Shown here one piece after another: positions 1-11,613 of a DNA stretch of 60,346 nt. Origin of the DNA: Chara braunii. Its lineage: Eukaryota > Plantae > Charophyceae. Position numbers and translations under genes: made by a program. The stretch's first letter is position 1, and the number at the start of each line of letters is the position of its first letter. The notes beneath the pieces are model-generated. The model had not been told where the DNA came from. It made no database searches and was given only the letters and a program-made list of their open reading frames with translations. Where the stretch lies: NCBI GenBank assembly GCA_003427395.1, contig BFEA01000002.1, positions 1,556,685 through 1,617,030 on the forward strand, written 5' to 3'.

Positions 1-216
1 GAAAAAACTACCACTTCTGCCTCAAAAAAACGTCCCTATACCGAGGTATCGCAAAAACGGCCTACCTGAACTACTTTCCCTGTCACTCGGGCGTCCCCCA
101 ATCAAAACCCATTTTGCAAACCTGTAGTGCCCATGTATCTACTGAGTCCGGGGTATTCTGTAGAGAGATAAACCCCCCACAGACCTCCAGACAATCTGGC
201 GAATCTAGCCAGAGCC

Positions 217-218
<2 letters not shown>

Positions 219-282
<64 letters not shown>

Positions 283-401
283 GGGGGAATGGTGGATGGG
301 GGATGGGCTATGGGAGGATTTACTGCATGTGAACAACTACGCACAAAGCACCACACCCTTCTCTCTTTCTCTCACATATGCATCTGTGAATGTGTGTGCA
401 C

Positions 402-438
<37 letters not shown>
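219..438. repeat. (GA)n microsatellites next to an assembly gap
   Basis: Two long GA tracts (~219-277 and ~404-438), followed by an N gap at 439-1399. Confidence 0.95.
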
Positions 439-2429
439 NNNNNNNNNNNNNNNNNNNNNNNNNNNNNNNNNNNNNNNNNNNNNNNNNNNNNNNNNNNNNN
501 NNNNNNNNNNNNNNNNNNNNNNNNNNNNNNNNNNNNNNNNNNNNNNNNNNNNNNNNNNNNNNNNNNNNNNNNNNNNNNNNNNNNNNNNNNNNNNNNNNNN
601 NNNNNNNNNNNNNNNNNNNNNNNNNNNNNNNNNNNNNNNNNNNNNNNNNNNNNNNNNNNNNNNNNNNNNNNNNNNNNNNNNNNNNNNNNNNNNNNNNNNN
701 NNNNNNNNNNNNNNNNNNNNNNNNNNNNNNNNNNNNNNNNNNNNNNNNNNNNNNNNNNNNNNNNNNNNNNNNNNNNNNNNNNNNNNNNNNNNNNNNNNNN
801 NNNNNNNNNNNNNNNNNNNNNNNNNNNNNNNNNNNNNNNNNNNNNNNNNNNNNNNNNNNNNNNNNNNNNNNNNNNNNNNNNNNNNNNNNNNNNNNNNNNN
901 NNNNNNNNNNNNNNNNNNNNNNNNNNNNNNNNNNNNNNNNNNNNNNNNNNNNNNNNNNNNNNNNNNNNNNNNNNNNNNNNNNNNNNNNNNNNNNNNNNNN
1001 NNNNNNNNNNNNNNNNNNNNNNNNNNNNNNNNNNNNNNNNNNNNNNNNNNNNNNNNNNNNNNNNNNNNNNNNNNNNNNNNNNNNNNNNNNNNNNNNNNNN
1101 NNNNNNNNNNNNNNNNNNNNNNNNNNNNNNNNNNNNNNNNNNNNNNNNNNNNNNNNNNNNNNNNNNNNNNNNNNNNNNNNNNNNNNNNNNNNNNNNNNNN
1201 NNNNNNNNNNNNNNNNNNNNNNNNNNNNNNNNNNNNNNNNNNNNNNNNNNNNNNNNNNNNNNNNNNNNNNNNNNNNNNNNNNNNNNNNNNNNNNNNNNNN
1301 NNNNNNNNNNNNNNNNNNNNNNNNNNNNNNNNNNNNNNNNNNNNNNNNNNNNNNNNNNNNNNNNNNNNNNNNNNNNNNNNNNNNNNNNNNNNNNNNNNNG
1401 TCCCAAACTTTCTGAAAATTATTGACACGGTGTTGTGTGTGTTAATAATAAGCTCTTGAGGTATTTTCTTTTAATTGTCGTTGTCGACGATACTGTTGAT
1501 GTGTTAATACTACTTAACAGTAATATTTCAAATGTCTTTGTTGCAAAGTCATGTTATCGATGACATTGTAACAGTGTAAGGGACTGACATGGGCGGCTGC
1601 GGGCGGATTCAGGTGGGTGTGGGCAGGAGAAATGTAGGTCTCGGATGCGGCCGGGTAATGATATTCTTACGGATTGGGGTGGGTCTAGGTGAACACTTTA
1701 TTCGGGTGCTGGGTGGGTCGACCACGGGGCCAAAATTTCAGAAAATGTTTTGGGTCAGTGAGGTCATCTTGAATCGGAAATTAAAATTCCTGGGTTGGGT
1801 GGGCAGTACAAAAACAATTGGGCGGGTTGGGTTAAGGGTGAAAAAAAAGGAAAAATTGCCATCTCTGAAATCGGGTGTAGAATTTTTTGTGGATATATTT
1901 TTAGAATCAGCCCAAAAGCCGACATGGCGTGGCTACCATCAAGCTTGTTTCTACGTATGTTGTGTCAAGTCCTTTGTTTTCTCATTTTATGCAGATAGCA
2001 CATTGTCATACATACGGTCAGCCTGGTCAGGTGCATGCATGGTATGTCTCTGGCTATGTCGAGTGTCACAGTGTGTTTTGACGACGGCTGGAATCTGTTC
2101 CCTTTTTTTTTCCCCTTTTTTTTGGGGGGGGGGGGGGGTTCCAATGTAACTNTTTTCTGAAGTCACCCTGGAAGTTAACATGGTCTAATTACCGTCAGCC
2201 TCACTTTTGCATGCTGGCCGGTGCACGACTCATTACATACACCAATTCTTGTTTTGCTGTTTTTGTTCTCCCTTTTTTCCAGGCACACCAAGTCTTACTC
2301 TGGAGGAGAGAAGAAACATCATTCAAGTTCACACTGGCTATAATTACACAGCAAGAGGAAGGACTGCATACTATTATTGACTAAGATCTTCAAGAAAGAG
2401 CTGATTCTTCTTAAAAAATGGAGGACATT

Positions 2430-2960
2430 GCACAGCTGCAAACAGTTACCTGAGGACGGAATCCGATGCTGACACAAAGAACATGGAAGCAATGTCACGA
2501 AGAACACGGGAGCAATCTGTGAGACAGGGAAGGTGAGAAAGAGGAGAGAGCACAGCTGCAAGAATTAACTAAGGACCGAGGGGCTGACAAATAGAGCACG
2601 GAAGCAATGTCTCTGTGGTAGCAATCTGTCGGACAGGGACCGTGAGAAGGAAGGGAGAAGACATTACCCAGCTGCAACAGTTGACTACACCCAGAAATTA
2701 TAGCTGTATTTGGCACAACTTTCAGCCCAGATACGGCGATAATTACCGGGTGTTCTATTCGGGTGAAGACGGTAGTAAGAACCAATGCTGGCATGAAGAA
2801 CATGGAAGTAATAGCTCCGTGGTAGTACAAGGAAGAGAGAAATCTGTGGGACAGCGAAGAAGAGGAGGAGGAGAGAGGACATTCCACAGCTGCAACAGCT
2901 AAGGACCGGTGCTGACACGGAGAGCATGGGAGGAATGGCTCCGTGGTAACGAGGGACACG
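2430..2960 (+). repeat. Degenerate tandem repeat (~120-140 bp unit, ~4 copies)
   Basis: The motifs CAGCTGCAA...AAGGACC...GCTGACA...CATGGAAGCAAT...AATCTGT recur at ~2432, 2552, 2669 and 2887. The third unit is interrupted by a MITE at 2688-2772. Confidence 0.7.
2688..2772. mobile_element. Partial copy of a TA-flanked Tc1/mariner-type MITE
   Basis: The right end TTCGGGTGAAGACGG|TA matches the complete copies at 40410-40515 and 43293-43399. The left TIR is mostly deleted. Confidence 0.6.
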
Positions 2961-3694
2961 GAAGGATAGTAGGAAGGGAGAACAAGGGGATATATGTGCG
3001 AGCGGAAGGGGTGCCAGACTATGGTACACTGTCTTCATTCTCTTCGGGAGGTCAGACTTGCATAAACATGTTCAGGGCGTACTCACACTATTTCACACCA
3101 GCACTGTCTTAAATGTATCTGACTGCATTTAAGGCCCAACGGGGATGAATCTGACTGCAATTACGTCCAGAAATAAGTAAGAAAAATTCCTACTGTATGT
3201 TCTGAAACTGATGTTGCTGTCGGCGTTGTGAGGCAGAGGCATTTTATGAGTCGTCTGTGAGCACTTCCTGAGGCTGGATTCACACCTCTGGGGCACAATC
3301 CCACTTCCAGAGAGGATTGAATGTGGACGTGTTTGAGGAGACGTGCAGAACATCGCAATTCGGCAGGGCATAGGCCGAGGAGGAAGAAACAAGAAGAGCA
3401 GTAAACTTAAGGTAAAAAGAGAGGGAGAAAGGCGGCTTTCCGATTCCATCATGTAGAAGGGGCCTCACACAAAAAATGCATCCTGCCAGTGGGGTTTCAC
3501 CGCATCAAGTGACCAGTTTCCCAACTTCGCCCATAATTTTTTCCGATAGTCTTTTGAAAAATCTATGATCCTAGTTTTGGTGTTGACTGGTTGAGCCCCG
3601 ACTGTAATTTTGTTGACCATAGTCGTTCGAAAATTTATCATAATTCTTTTGGTCTTGACGGGCTGAGCCCCCCGCCTTTAAACGGGCCGCGGAT

Positions 3695-6280
3695 ATGGAT
3701 CATACTCCAAGTCGTCACGGTAACGGTAATGGTTGGGGAGAGAGCGATGGAGAAGTGGAATGTGGGAGAGGAGAGGGAGTGGTACCACACACTTTTATGG
3801 CTTGCATCATGCAAGGTCAAAGGCTTGGTGCAGCATATTACGACCATTCGACCGGGGAGGTGTTTGTCCTGGAGTCGTGGGAAGACCCAGGCGAAGCTTA
3901 TCCCAGCCTTCAATTGCTTAAGCTTCAGGCCCAGCCACAAGTAATCTACACGAGTACCAAATCTGATGTACCCTTCTTTGAGGCACTGAGGAGGAGTTTG
4001 ACCAAGGATGGACCTGAGTTCGAAGTCAAGACGATGAAGAGCTCTGACTTCAGCTTGGACCAAGCGAAAACAAGGTTGGCCTACTTGAGGGTGAGGGGGA
4101 TGCCGGACAACATCTCTGAAGTGGAACGGCTGCATCTGATAAATTCCATGATAAATTTGCGGCTAGAAGTTCAAGTTCGAGCAGCTGGGGGTCTTATCAT
4201 GGGCCTCCATCGGGACTTGATTATGGACACCATCGGAGCATCCAGTGCTGGTGCTGTGGATGTCGAAAAGCTTGCGGAAATCAGTCTTGATGGAATGTTG
4301 AAGGTGGACCCCACCACACTTGATGCGCTTCAGATCTTTCAACCAGAACGACACCCAAGCGCTATGGGAGTCGGAAGACCAAAGGAGGGACTCTCGCTTT
4401 TCGGCTTGCTGGACAAGTGCTCGACGAGGCAGGGCCGTAAACTGCTGCGGCTTTGGTTTCTTCGCCCGATCGTCGACGTGGATCGGATTGAAGACAGACT
4501 TGACACAATTGAATGGCTTTCGCGCTCGAGGGACCTCATCGATGCGCTGAAAAAGGGGCTGCGATGCATCGAGTGCGTGCCACGAATCCTTAAGAAGTTC
4601 ACCTGCTGCGGGTACGCTTCGACGGTTAAAGATTGGTCGCTTCTTGTGCAGAGCTTGTCGAGCATGTGCAACCTGAAAGACGTGCTCAGTATAGCCTTCT
4701 CTTCGAGGCATGTTGGTGGTAATCATGAAAACGAATCACTCGGAAATCTGTCCCCGGTCCAGAAGGTGTTGGAAGTCGTGAATGAGGATCTCATTTACGT
4801 CATCGAGCTTGTGAACAAGATTATCGACTTCGATCAGGAATTCTTTGATGGAAAGCGGGCCCTTGTTCGTTACCATCTCAGCGAGCAGCTCGATGACGTC
4901 AAACGGAAATACAATGGGTTGGTGGATATTCTCGATGGGGCAACAAGGCGAGAGATGACAAGGATTTTGGAAAGTGTGGGACCGTTGATTCCGCACCAGA
5001 CACTGGCATCGGGAGCGATTGTGTTCACGCCTGAGATGGGATATTCTCTGCGTTTTGAGGGGGCAAGGCTCCCGGACTCCGTCTTGGAGATTCTATCCGA
5101 CCTGCGGCTCATCATTGAGGGGGAAGACCAGAATGGTCGAGGAGTGCATTACCAGACTGCTTTGACACTTCAGATGAACAAAGTTGTTGGTGACCTCTAC
5201 AATGTGATCACCGATATGGAAGGTGAAATTATTCGGGGGCTGGAAGCACGGGTACTTGGCTTTACCGACGTCCTTCGAAAGGCTGCAGATGCGATGGCAG
5301 AACTGGACTGCGTTGTTTCTTTGAGTGAAGCAGCTCTTGAACATAATTTCAAACGCCCTAGACTTGTCAGAGGCTCCGACGTGATGAAGATAAAGAATGG
5401 CAGACATCCATTGCAGGAGCTCGTTGTGAATACCTTCATCCCAAACAACACACACGTGGACGAAAACAAGGGCAGGGTTAACATAATCACCGGCCCCAAC
5501 TGTTCTGGGAAGAGTGTGTACGCGAAACAGGTTGCGATGATTACTTTCATGGCACATATTGGGAGTTTCGTACCCGCAGACGAGTGTATTCTGGGACTGT
5601 GCGACAGGATATTCACCAGAATTTTAAGTAAAGAAACAGCACTGTTACCGCAGTCAACCTTCATGATCGACCTCAACCAAATTGCGGTTATGCTACGGCA
5701 TGCGACTTCAAAATCACTGTGCATCATCGACGAGTTCGGCAAAGGCACGTTGGCCTCGGATGGGATCGGCCTGCTTTGCGCAACAATTCAGCACTTGATG
5801 TCGAGTGCAACGCCTCCGAAGGTTTTCGCGTGCACCCATTACACGGAACTCCGGAACGAGGAGTACCTCCCAAGATCGGAGCAGATCGAATTCTACACAA
5901 TGTGCATCCTTGAGGCGAAAGGCAAGCGACCGGCGGTCCCAGCAGATGAGCGGAGTGCAGAAAAACTTTCCGCTGCAGAAGGTATGAGCTCAGAAAGCGA
6001 CCTGGATCGGCAAATCACATTTCTGTACAAGCTCGTTCCTGGATACAGCACCTCGAGTTTTGGAATTCATTGTGCCCAGCTAGCGAACGTCCATGCGGCG
6101 ATTCTAAAGAGGGCAGAAGAATTGCTGAAGCATGAGAGAGAGGGTCAGCCCGTTTGTCGCTCAGAGGATATGCTGCAGCATTTGAGCACGACCAGGACGT
6201 GTAAAGAAGTCGGAGAGGCATTTCTGAAGCTCAGCAACAGTGCTGACGCTGTCTCTGTCTTCCTGCAAGAGATGGTGTAG
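3695..6280 (+). CDS. MSH5: MutS homolog 5 (meiotic crossover MutS-gamma subunit), single-exon ORF of 861 aa
   Basis: Motifs seen: KEGLSLFGLLDKC...GRKLLRLWFLRP, GRHPLQE, Walker A IITGPNCSGKS, STFMIDLNQ, Walker B IIDEFGKGT (MSH5-type rather than DELGRGT), THY, and the HTH region FLYKLVPG...SSFGIHCAQLA. There is no N-terminal mismatch-binding domain. Confidence 0.93.
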   Translation: MDHTPSRHGNGNGWGESDGEVECGRGEGVVPHTFMACIMQGQRLGAAYYDHSTGEVFVLESWEDPGEAYPSLQLLKLQAQPQVIYTSTKSDVPFFEALRRSLTKDGPEFEVKTMKSSDFSLDQAKTRLAYLRVRGMPDNISEVERLHLINSMINLRLEVQVRAAGGLIMGLHRDLIMDTIGASSAGAVDVEKLAEISLDGMLKVDPTTLDALQIFQPERHPSAMGVGRPKEGLSLFGLLDKCSTRQGRKLLRLWFLRPIVDVDRIEDRLDTIEWLSRSRDLIDALKKGLRCIECVPRILKKFTCCGYASTVKDWSLLVQSLSSMCNLKDVLSIAFSSRHVGGNHENESLGNLSPVQKVLEVVNEDLIYVIELVNKIIDFDQEFFDGKRALVRYHLSEQLDDVKRKYNGLVDILDGATRREMTRILESVGPLIPHQTLASGAIVFTPEMGYSLRFEGARLPDSVLEILSDLRLIIEGEDQNGRGVHYQTALTLQMNKVVGDLYNVITDMEGEIIRGLEARVLGFTDVLRKAADAMAELDCVVSLSEAALEHNFKRPRLVRGSDVMKIKNGRHPLQELVVNTFIPNNTHVDENKGRVNIITGPNCSGKSVYAKQVAMITFMAHIGSFVPADECILGLCDRIFTRILSKETALLPQSTFMIDLNQIAVMLRHATSKSLCIIDEFGKGTLASDGIGLLCATIQHLMSSATPPKVFACTHYTELRNEEYLPRSEQIEFYTMCILEAKGKRPAVPADERSAEKLSAAEGMSSESDLDRQITFLYKLVPGYSTSSFGIHCAQLANVHAAILKRAEELLKHEREGQPVCRSEDMLQHLSTTRTCKEVGEAFLKLSNSADAVSVFLQEMV

Positions 6281-6395
6281 GAGAATTGATGGCATGCTCA
6301 CCACACTCGATCTCGAGGGCTTCCTTGGATACATCTCATCATGGTAATCACGGCGAGGAACTTCCTACAGACCAGGTGTGAGTAGGCCTTCGGCC

Positions 6396-6471
6396 CTCCA
6401 ACATCACATCTTGCAGAAAGGCATGAACAGCGTCAGCACTGTTGTGTATTTTCTCTTCATTTCAGAAATGC
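6396..6471 (-). repeat. Short inverted copy of the MSH5 stop-codon region (~6219-6284)
   Basis: ACAGCGTCAGCACTGTTG and the flanking CTTGCAG/CTCC and TTCAGAAATGC are reverse complements of the last MSH5 codons and the stop region. Confidence 0.8.
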
Positions 6472-7195
6472 TGCCAAATGCAAGCTTTGCTCACGGGAGA
6501 AAGAAAAGATGCATTACATGCATGTAGCAATTGGTCAGAAGCACTCGACCGTAGCACAGTTATCGTACTCACACTGGTAAGTTTCTGGATGAATCTGGCA
6601 GCGTTCACAGCAAGCGGCCTGATCGACAAATCACGTTCTTGTGCAAAAGCTTGTTCCTGGATACAGCACCTCCAGTTTTGGCATTGATTGTGACCGGCTA
6701 CGGAACGTCGCTGCAGCGATCCTAAGGAGGGAAAAAGAAGCGTTGAAGTGTGAGAGCGAGGTTCGGCCTGTTTGTGCTTCCAAGAATTTGCTGCAGCATT
6801 TTACCTCTACACCTCTTGGTCTCAGTAAAATGCTGCAGCAAATCCGTGGAACCACAAACAGGCCGACCCTCGCTCTCACACTTCAGCACTTCTTTTTTTC
6901 CCCTCTTTAGAATCACTGCAGAGACGTTCACTAGCTGGGTACACTGAATTCCAAAACTGGAGGTGCTGTATCCAGGAACAAGCTTTTGCACAAGAATGTG
7001 ATTTGCCGATCAGGCCTCTTGCTGTGAACGCTGCCAGATTCATCCAGAAAATTACCAGTGTGAATAAGATAATTGTGCTACGGTCGAATGCTTCTGAAGT
7101 TCTGATCAATTGCTACATGCATGCAATGCATCTTTTCTTTCTCCCGTGAGCGAAGCTTGCAATTGGCAGCATTTTCTGAAATGAAGAGAAAGTAC
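6446..7195. repeat. Long inverted repeat (arms ~6446-6804 and 6825-7195, 20-nt loop); the inner half of each arm is MSH5-derived
   Basis: The arms are reverse complements throughout, including a perfect 46-bp pairing of 6636-6681 with 6951-6996. Both arms translate to KLVPGYSTSSFGI...LLQHF, matching MSH5 nt ~6001-6183. Confidence 0.95.
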
Positions 7196-7640
7196 TCAAA
7201 ATCATTCAACTTATGAAAACTCGGCATTGCTAATCGTTGAAGTATAGCCCGACTATGTTACTGTGTTGAGAAAGCTGTTGAGTGGTGTCTGTTCTTCTGG
7301 GGGCTTGCCAGTAGAACTTAGAATTTGTACTTGGTCTAAAAGGTACATACTTAGTCACGGACCCTTCTGATATTTCTACGATGCAGATTACTATGGTATC
7401 TCCTACAACAGCTATTGCACTAGCTAAACTTGTAAAAAAATTGTAATTACAGTAAGTAGCTCCCCCCAAAAAATTGTCCCCATGGCATCACATACCCGGG
7501 GAAAAGACCCTGCAGGTCTGAGAGTATAGAACCCGCTGATAATCTTGTTTCTTTTGTTTTTCAGGATTTGAACTCAGGTCCGGATTTCAACAGTTTGTGA
7601 GTGTACAAACTTATAATCATTTCAATGGGGATCGAGTACC

Positions 7641-7806
7641 TTTCTTTTTTTTTTTTTTTTAATGAAGTGCAACGGCCTTGAGATTATCATCATCCGAGCT
7701 GACTGGCCCTAGGTGGTTCAGACTCTCTCAGTGGAGTTCGAACTCGGGTCTGTGATTCAACAGTTCAGGGGTGTAGCAACTGTGCTAGGTCAGTTGGTGA
7801 GTTCCC
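7641..7806 (-). mobile_element. tRNA-derived SINE
   Basis: On the minus strand there is an A-box-like TAGCACAGTTGCTA (7787-7774), a B-box GAGTTCGAACTCC (7745-7733) and an A-tail at 7641-7660. Related heads occur at ~7561-7611 and ~35105-35185. Confidence 0.65.
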
Positions 7807-8505
7807 TTTTTCTTGTTCCTTGTTGTCTGAGACTCTTTCTTTTTTATTTTTTTTTTCCCTCTTGAGATTTTTCACTTGTTGTTTTTGTTGCCACTTCAGT
7901 AGACCCCTTTCCCTTCTCCCCCCCTCCTTGCCCCCAAAACATGAACTCAAATTATTACTATTATTATATATTATCATTTTAAGAAAAACCTGGGCTCCTC
8001 CTATTCTGGGAAGCAGTAGTCCTGTTCCGTCTCCGCCGGCAAGTCAAACAATGGAACAGGTTATACTCACGCAACGGCGGCAACGCTCCTCCCCATCATG
8101 GTTGAGAGGTCCGCGTGGACAGTATTGATTGCTTCCCTCAGGAAAGGATATACGGTCATATACCACCCCTCACCCCTGCCTAAGTTAGCCTCCTGTACGC
8201 TGTTGCCCTCAATTGGTTTTGCAACTTTGCAGTGCTTGCACTAGTATCTAATTCCCAGTCAAATCCTTTCTTGGTCCATGACAGTCCCCTTTGAAGGTTA
8301 AGCCCCTAGACCCTAGCAGCGGCCTTAATATAAGCACCCTCCGCTTGCAGCCTCTTCTCCTAACCGTCCTCCCATTTGGTATCCTCACCTAACTTCCTCT
8401 GATGCAGCGTCGGGATTCCCTGGGAAATCCTGGGGTGTATATCCTGACATACGGCGAGACCACTGAGTGTACCACTGTACCCTATGGCAGGCCCATCAGC
8501 GCTTA

Positions 8506-8975
8506 GTCAGTTAGAGTGGGAGTTGGCGTCCGTAACCTGTGAGAAGCTGCTGTCAGTTAGAGTGGGAGTTGGCGTCTGTAACCTGTGAGAAGCTGCTGTC
8601 TTGCAATCGGACCTCCTCCCAGTCGTTTGTGTCGGTCCCCGGTGGTGCTGTAACTGTCCAGTAAGGCCTGAGTATTCCGGCGGTTACGGTTCCCTGCTTT
8701 CCCCTGCCCAATACTCTCTGTCTGAAGCCCTCAGTAATCTTCTGCATCTTGGTAGGATCTATTTTGATCAGTTGCTTGGTCTTGCGATTCGACCTCCTCC
8801 CAGTTGTTGTTTGTGTCGGTCCCCAAGTGGTGCTGTAACTGTCCAGTTAAGCCCGAGTATTCCGGCAGTTACGGTTCCCAGCTTTCCCCTGCCCAATACT
8901 CTCTGTCTGAAGCCCTCAGTAATCTCCTCATCTTGGTAGCTAAGGATCTTTTTTGATCAGTTGCTTGGTCTTGGA
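8506..8975 (+). repeat. Two adjacent tandem duplications (~46 bp x2 and ~185 bp x2)
   Basis: GTCAGTTAGAGTGGGAGTTGGCG...GAAGCTGCT occurs twice, then TCTTGCAATCGGACCTCCTCCCAG...GTTGCTTGGTCTTG occurs twice. Confidence 0.9.
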
Positions 8976-11317
8976 TCAGTCCAAGCAAGGGGAAAAAAAA
9001 TAATTCAGACGAATGGTTGTGTTCCAATACTCAGAACGCGAACAGAAGCTTGACATGATTGGACCAGTTGCTGCTCCGGTCATCCTCAGGCAGCACGCCT
9101 CACACCTACCCTTACGGCTTTCCACCTCTCAATCCTACCACTGTGCCATCCTTTTTTTTCTTCTTTTTTTTAATAAAACCCTGCGTCGACAGATAGGAAT
9201 GATGATATAAGAGCATACACTCGTACCTATCTTGCAGGGGGCTCCAGTCTATTGGTGGGGAGTGTTATTTGTTTTACGTTTTTGTGTTCTCTAGAAGCTG
9301 TTTTCTCTAACTTTAAATTTCTGTTTTAGCAAAATAAAATAATAAAAATAAAGTTTAATAAACATTTAAGGAAAAACTAAATCGCCTGCACTAACACAGC
9401 GAGCTGCTGAAGCTGACATCAAATCGTCGTTTTAGACGACTTCTCATACGTGTGCTGAGCGGATCTGGTTTTGTACAGTTGCTGGCCTGTAGTTTTTTTT
9501 TTCCCGGCGTGATTGGAGATTACGAGAGATTGGTTTCCCGGAAAAAAAAATAATAATAAAATTACGAGAGATTGGTTTATGGACAACATATCTGACGGGG
9601 TTGGAGCATGTGATTTGTATGTGCTGGCCGCTGGCATTTGAAGAGTGTTTTATCGTTCTGATGCGTCTCGACCTGCGTGCTGTTGTTGAAGTGTGCCGTG
9701 GCTATTGCAATCAGACTCACTCTCATTCACACTTTTCATGCATCTAAACAGCAGCGCAGCAAACTGGCGACATGCGCCCACTCAAAACTCAGAGATATGG
9801 CATCCAGATACGAGTTCACTTTCAATTGGCTATGGCGACTCAGCGCCCAAACAACTCACAGTTCACATACACCGGATCACCCTGGATATCCCACACGCGA
9901 CGCTCTGAACTCATGCACACACACACTGAACACTAAACTACAGCTATGGCAGCTATGGCAGCTATGGCTGCCGCTACCCTATCGCTATGCTACGCTCCTT
10001 CTCTCTCGCCCACGTCAGCTCCGGGCTCACTGCAGACCTCCTTGCACAAGTCGCTGTGGCAGCGCTGCCGCATGGCTCACGCAGGAATGAATGAATGGCT
10101 GGGCGCTGCCTCTTGATTTATACTTCNGAAACTCGTTGGTCTGCCCTCTTCCATCGGCCCATGGTGCTCACAGTCCCTTATGGTACTTGCTGGACCGGAC
10201 TGGGACTGACTGGACCTTACCGCTGACTGAGTGGGGACTCACTGCTAACCTACCGAGATCGCACTGCAATTGCACTGCAGTTTACTCCACCACTTGACTC
10301 ACCACTTGCCCACTTGCCCACTTGCTGACCTTCTAGAAGTACTACAGCTAAGACTTCTGGAACTCGCTAAGACTTCTATCCTACAGATCTACAGATCGAA
10401 CCCCGACCTACGGACCTATGACAGCCTATCAACTGTTTGCGAACACACAGGTCACAGGTTCAACTCTCGGGGTCTACACAGATACTGTACACAGGTAGGG
10501 CAAGGTCTAGGGATCGAACCCTGGGATCTGCGTCTACTACTGCAAAGAGTTGAAAACCGTTTCACTATAATCGATTCCAAGCAAATGCAGCTGCTGGATT
10601 TGCATCTTTGCGTCCGCAGGTTTTGACGTTTGGTCAGGCTGTATCTAAGCACGTGCTTCTGTTCCGTTCGTCAAAGATGTACTTGGCTGAATTGGAGCAT
10701 GAGATTCTCTTGTGCTGGACTCTTTGTGGGAACCTTTTTCTTCAGGTCGCCTCGCTTGGTTCTGCCTTTTAGGGTCCGTGTATGTTTTCTTCCTGCTATC
10801 TTACGCGATCTGGTTCTTCATTTCAGTTTTCTCCACTGCTTAAGGCATCGCGCCTGTTGCTGCTTTGAGCCAGCTTTCTATTCTGACAGAGAGCAGGTGT
10901 GATTTTCAACTGAATATGGTTGGTTTCAGCTGGAGGACTGAAGATCTGCTTCTAATATGAAAGAGAGTGGGTGTGGCTGACTTTTAAGTGTCTGATCGCT
11001 GCGAATAGGGATTTTGCTCGTTCTTAGATTTGATTCTTTTTTAGAGGAATTGTGTGAGTGAAATGGTCGACGACTGGTAGACTGGAGCCGTTACGGTTCG
11101 TTTTGGTAGGATTTTGGGATTTTTGTTAAAGATTTGGACTGAATCAAGTTGGGATTTTCTCAGTATTTTTCTTGTTTACTACAGGGGCACCGCTTGGCCT
11201 GAGGGTTGAAGGCTTGAGGCATGTTGACCCCAGCAGTTTGCAATGATTTTGCTATTTGATTGATGTATAGCCTTGGGCACTGGGCTTGATTGAAGGGGGG
11301 GAAAAGAAGCTAAATCG

Positions 11318-11495
11318 CCTGGAGCAAGGTCCCACTAGCGAAGGGGATTGTTGACTAAGATCCCGAATGTAGATGGGTTTCAAGCAGAGATGCAGGAAAG
11401 CAGATCCAATCAGAATTGTGTGCACCTCCACACAAAGCCGTCCACATTCAGGCATTAAATCCAATCCTCTTTGCTAGTGGGACCTCGCCTCTAGG
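11318..11495. mobile_element. MITE with ~30-bp TIRs (GC[A/G]AGGTCCCACTAG...)
   Basis: Terminal inverted repeats GCAAGGTCCCACTAGCGAAGGGGATTG / CAATCCTCTTTGCTAGTGGGACCTCGC. A second family copy lies at 41337-41486. Confidence 0.75.
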
Positions 11496-11613
11496 GTGGG
11501 GTCCCACTTACGACTGTTGATGATACATGAAGATTAGCAAACGGCCAGAGGTGAATAATCCGTGCAAGAGGGACCTCGCTTTGAGAAATGAGACAAAAAA
11601 GCCGTAGTTTTTT

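Noticed and set aside
289-1459. Long ORFs spanning N runs (also ~13.1-13.9, 22.6-23.1, 41.9-42.3, 45.6-45.8, 49.6-49.9 and 54.4-54.9 kb)
   Set aside because: These are artefacts of assembly gaps and dinucleotide repeats.
6641-6991. Two 89-aa ORFs resembling the MSH5 C-terminus
   Set aside because: They have non-ATG starts and are frameshifted fragments that form the arms of the inverted repeat, not genes.
9670-10560. Possible LTR or leader region of another retroelement (CTATGGC repeats)
   Set aside because: No termini, PBS/PPT or TSD could be fixed.
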